Assembly: GCF_000315625.1 (NCBI RefSeq)
Contig: NW_005434617.1
Span: 280,632-344,631 of the forward strand
Length of the DNA stretch: 64,000 nt
Direction: 5' to 3'
From: Guillardia theta CCMP2712
Taxonomy: Eukaryota; Protista; Cryptophyta
The notes below the pieces were generated by a model, which did not search any database, was not told where the DNA came from, and saw nothing but the letters and a program-made list of their open reading frames with translations. A program made the position numbers and the translations under genes. Shown piece by piece: positions 60,853-64,000 of this stretch. Within the stretch, counting starts at the first letter, position 1; the number at the start of each line of letters is the position of its first letter.

Positions 60853-63800
60853 ATGAGCGGTTTGGGGACCCTTTCCGGTAACATGCTGGCGTCTTGACCC
60901 TCCAAACCTTTCAACCCAGTCAGCTGAGAAGATGGTTTGACAGGAGCTCCGACTTTGAATGCAAGTCGTCCGAGCGGCAATGCCGCATCGAAGTCGCTAA
61001 CAGGAGGGCTAGGTGAGCTGCTGTAGCGCGAGTGACAAGCGTCAGGTGCTGATGAGGTTGATGGAAACAGTTCCCTTAGGATCTCAGACGAAGGCGGTGG
61101 GAGACAGCAAAGGTGCTCGTCCTGTCATGCGATGGCAGGGGCGATGACGGAGGGGTCGCAGAGCTTGACGACTTGCTGAATTTAATTGACGACGATGATT
61201 CCGCCCTGTCAAAGTCGCAGAAGAAGTCGTTACTTCTTGCTTGTTGCATGTGTGCGTTGAGAACAGGCAGTGACTCAGCCCGTTTGTCAGATCTTCACGC
61301 AAGGGCAAGCACAGCAAAGACTCTTCGGAGGTGTTGGTAGGCGACTGATCGGGTGCTGGCTAAACGGGTCGCTCAGGGAAAGACAAAGGGGAAGAGCAAG
61401 AAATCATCGTCATCGAAGGTGTTTGCATCAGTCATATCGGAGATGTTTTGCTACAGGCTGACTGATCTCCTCTTGCAGTCTTCCAAGAAGTCAGACGCGA
61501 GCTCCTCGCTCAAGGGTGGGAGGACTTCAACGCAAGGTCTTCTCGCGCTGCTGCCCCTGCAGAGAATCTCACCCGCTACCTCAGTGAAGACAGCGACGAC
61601 GACGTTCCTTCCAAAGTGAAGAGGGAGGTGAACTCCCTCTTGCTGCTGCTGCTTCATTCCTTCTGCTCTTCTTGCTGCACCTGCTCCTCCTCCTCGTGCC
61701 TCATTCTCCTGCCTATTCGCTTCTTCCTGCTCCTGCTCCTCCTATTTGCTGCACGGCTCCGATTCTTTCCCTCTTTCCGACTGGCCTTTCTGCAGGCTCC
61801 TTCAAAACTCCCCGTTTTCCAGTGGAAGGAAGAGGAGGAGGAGGAGGACGAGGACGAGGACGAGGACGAGAAGCAAGCGGGCAAGAAGGCTGAGAAGTCG
61901 CCCGAGCGGGTCTTCATGCTGAGGATGGAAGGATGCGGCAGCTGACGGGTATGGCAGGCCCCTTCCACCGAAGGATCGCCGGATGTGACTTGATGAAGGA
62001 GCTGCTGCCGCCTCTTGACCTCCTGCTGCAGGTGCTCAGCATCTTCAAGGAGAGCAGGAAGGGGAAGGAGGAGGGGCCGGGCGAGGTACGACCTCCTCCT
62101 CGTCTCACTCCCCGTGCTTCCTTCCTTGAGCATGGCTCCCGGCAGGACGCGGACCTGAGTGACATCTTGGGGATCAACTTGAAGCCGAAGGCGGCCACGT
62201 CGAGCAGGAGGAGAGCGCAGACCATGGTGAGGGAGGAGGAGGAGCAGGAGGAGCAGGAGGAGCAGGAGGAGCAGGAGGAGCAGGAGGAGGAGGAGAAAAG
62301 GGGAGAAGAAGGGAGGAGGGACGGAGAGGGAAGGAGAGGAGCGAGGAAGGGGCCGAGGGTCGGAGGGAACGGAGGAAGAGGGAGCGGGTGGACCTAAATT
62401 GGCTGTGTTGCTGCTCACGTTCTGGAGCAGTTGGGGGGTCAAAGTTTGTTCGGCAGCTTGAAGGTATGAATGTTCCACGTTCAATATCGAAGAGGTCTTG
62501 TTGTCAGTGTTGATCGAAGAGGTCTTGTTGTCAGTGTTGATCGAAGAGGTCTTGTTGTCAGTGTTGATCGAAGAGGTCTTGTTGTCAGTGTTGATCGAAG
62601 AGGTCTTGTTGTCAGTGTTGGCAATCGTTTCAATTGCATTCTTGGTGAACGTAGTAAGGGATATCCCTGTGAGATGTGTGAGAGCTCATGCGAGCTGAGA
62701 AGTTGTCTGGTTGTTATGGTTGATGAAGTTGTCGATCCACTGGTGTTGTTCGCTGTGACATGCAACGATGTGCCGATGAATTGCAACGAGTGTTTTTTGC
62801 CGTTAGTTTGTTCCGCTGACGAATCGTCGTTCCTCTCCTCTCCTCTCCTCTCCTCCCCTCTCTCCTCTCCTCTCTCTCCCCCTCTCTCCTCTCCTCTCCT
62901 CTCCTCTCTTCTCCCCTCCCGTCCTCTCCTGCATGTCTTGGATGCTTTCTCATTTGGACTTGCTGCTTCTTTCTTTGCCCTCCTTCAACAGACTTCGGCC
63001 GATCAAGAAGATCAGCTCGACTCTGAGATTTCCAAACCCTCAGCTCTCTCGTTCATGTCCAAGGACAAAGGAAAGGAGAAGGACGAGGAGGAGGCGAGGA
63101 GGAACCAGGAAGCGGAGAGGGAGAGGGAGAGGGAGGAGGAGAGGGAGAGGGAGAGGGAGATGGCGAAGAAACAAGCCGAGGAAAAGGAACGGCTGGTGAA
63201 GCAGCCGAATGAGGTGGCATCAGGGCGCACGGACAGCGAGGGAGCGCAGGTGGTGAGTTGGTTCTTGTTGCCTGCTGGATGATGACATCGCACTTGAGTT
63301 GGTTCTTGTTGCCTGCTGGATGATGACATCGCACTTGAGTTGGTTCTTGTTGCCTGCTGGATGATGACATCGCACTTGAGTTGGTTCTTGTTGCCTGCTG
63401 GATGATGACATCGCACTTGATTGCAGGAAAAGCCTGAGGCCGAACAAGAGAAAAGTAAACAGCGACCTGCTTCCTCGGTCTGTCTTGTTCTCCTCCCTCC
63501 TCCCGCTCCCTCCTCTCGCTCCCTCGTCCCTTCCTTCCCGCCCTCTCTCTAACTCTTTCTGTCTTCCAATCGCTCTTCCTTCTCTTCCTCCTTCTGCATA
63601 TGATTTTGCTTCTTCCTTCCCTCCTCCTCCTCCTCCTCCTTGTTTTTCTATTTCACCCCCTCGTCCTCCTCTCCTCTGACTTGTGTAGCTCTCGATAAGA
63701 GAAAGTATAAGCGACGAGGAGGTGGAAGAGAAGATTGGACACAGGTTCAGCACAGAATCTCCTCCTCTCCCCTCTCCCCCCCCCTCCTCCCCTCTCCTCC

Positions 63801-64000
63801 CCTCTCCTCTCTTCTTCTCTCCCTCCTGACTTGACCTCATGCTCACTCCCTCCAGCTCCTTCACGGAAGATTCTCCTCTTCCCGCTAGAAGTAGACACGA
63901 AGGAGACGCCTCCAATCCTCTTCGAAACCCAGGTCAGAGGAAGAGGATGCGGAGAGACGAGCAAGCAAAGAACGAGGAGGGAAATGGGAACCAGGACGAT
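60853..64000 (+). CDS. Hypothetical low-complexity multi-exon protein continuing past the window; start approximate
   Basis: Short exons flanked by GT-AG signals (GDDGGVAELDDLLNLIDDDD, APSKLPVFQWKEEEE, DADLSDILGINLKPK, QEDQLDSEISKPSALSFM). Confidence 0.5.
62486..62619. repeat. 27-bp minisatellite, about 5 copies (ATCGAAGAGGTCTTGTTGTCAGTGTTG)
   Basis: Head-to-tail identical units with no spacers. Confidence 0.95.
63254..63420. repeat. 41-bp intronic minisatellite, 4 copies (TGAGTTGGTTCTTGTTGCCTGCTGGATGATGACATCGCACT)
   Basis: Head-to-tail identical units between a GT donor and a TTGCAG acceptor. Confidence 0.95.

Noticed and set aside
62486-63420. 27-bp and 41-bp repeats as CRISPR arrays
   Set aside because: Head-to-tail units without unique spacers, no cas genes, eukaryotic intronic context.

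Overview
Eukaryotic nuclear DNA from a draft assembly with four N-gaps. It is gene-dense, with many short GT-AG introns and abundant microsatellites. A bipartite signal+transit peptide with Phe at +1 on a thioredoxin, an RWP-RK gene array and a signal-peptide-bearing starch-binding protein point to an alga with a complex red plastid, most likely a cryptophyte such as Guillardia (inference). Recognisable genes: polo-like kinase, a linker-histone-H15/FKBP fusion, TMEM164-like, plastid thioredoxin m, a divergent cyclin, VWA8, three tandem RWP-RK genes, a 2xCBM20 + long coiled-coil protein, a 61-aa microprotein with a clear TATA/5'-UTR-intron promoter, and several hypothetical genes. A complete, very young Ty1/copia element spans 24617-32784 (389-bp LTRs, CCTTG target duplication). 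The most unusual signal is non-coding. Nine GC-rich intergenic islands share a short-word vocabulary (CCGG, GGCCCGG, TGACTC/GAGTCA, ACTGAG/CTCAGT, CCGTACGG) without being copies of one another. They mostly lie upstream of genes and are often flanked by strand-oriented GGGGT/ACCCC tracts. In the RWP-RK tandem duplication, paralogous DNA is nearly identical outside the islands but inside them is reduced to collinear anchors separated by copy-specific micro-insertions, some copied from nearby sequence. This suggests a localized DNA-rewriting process at promoters. Exon boundaries and identities were read by eye and are approximate where stated.
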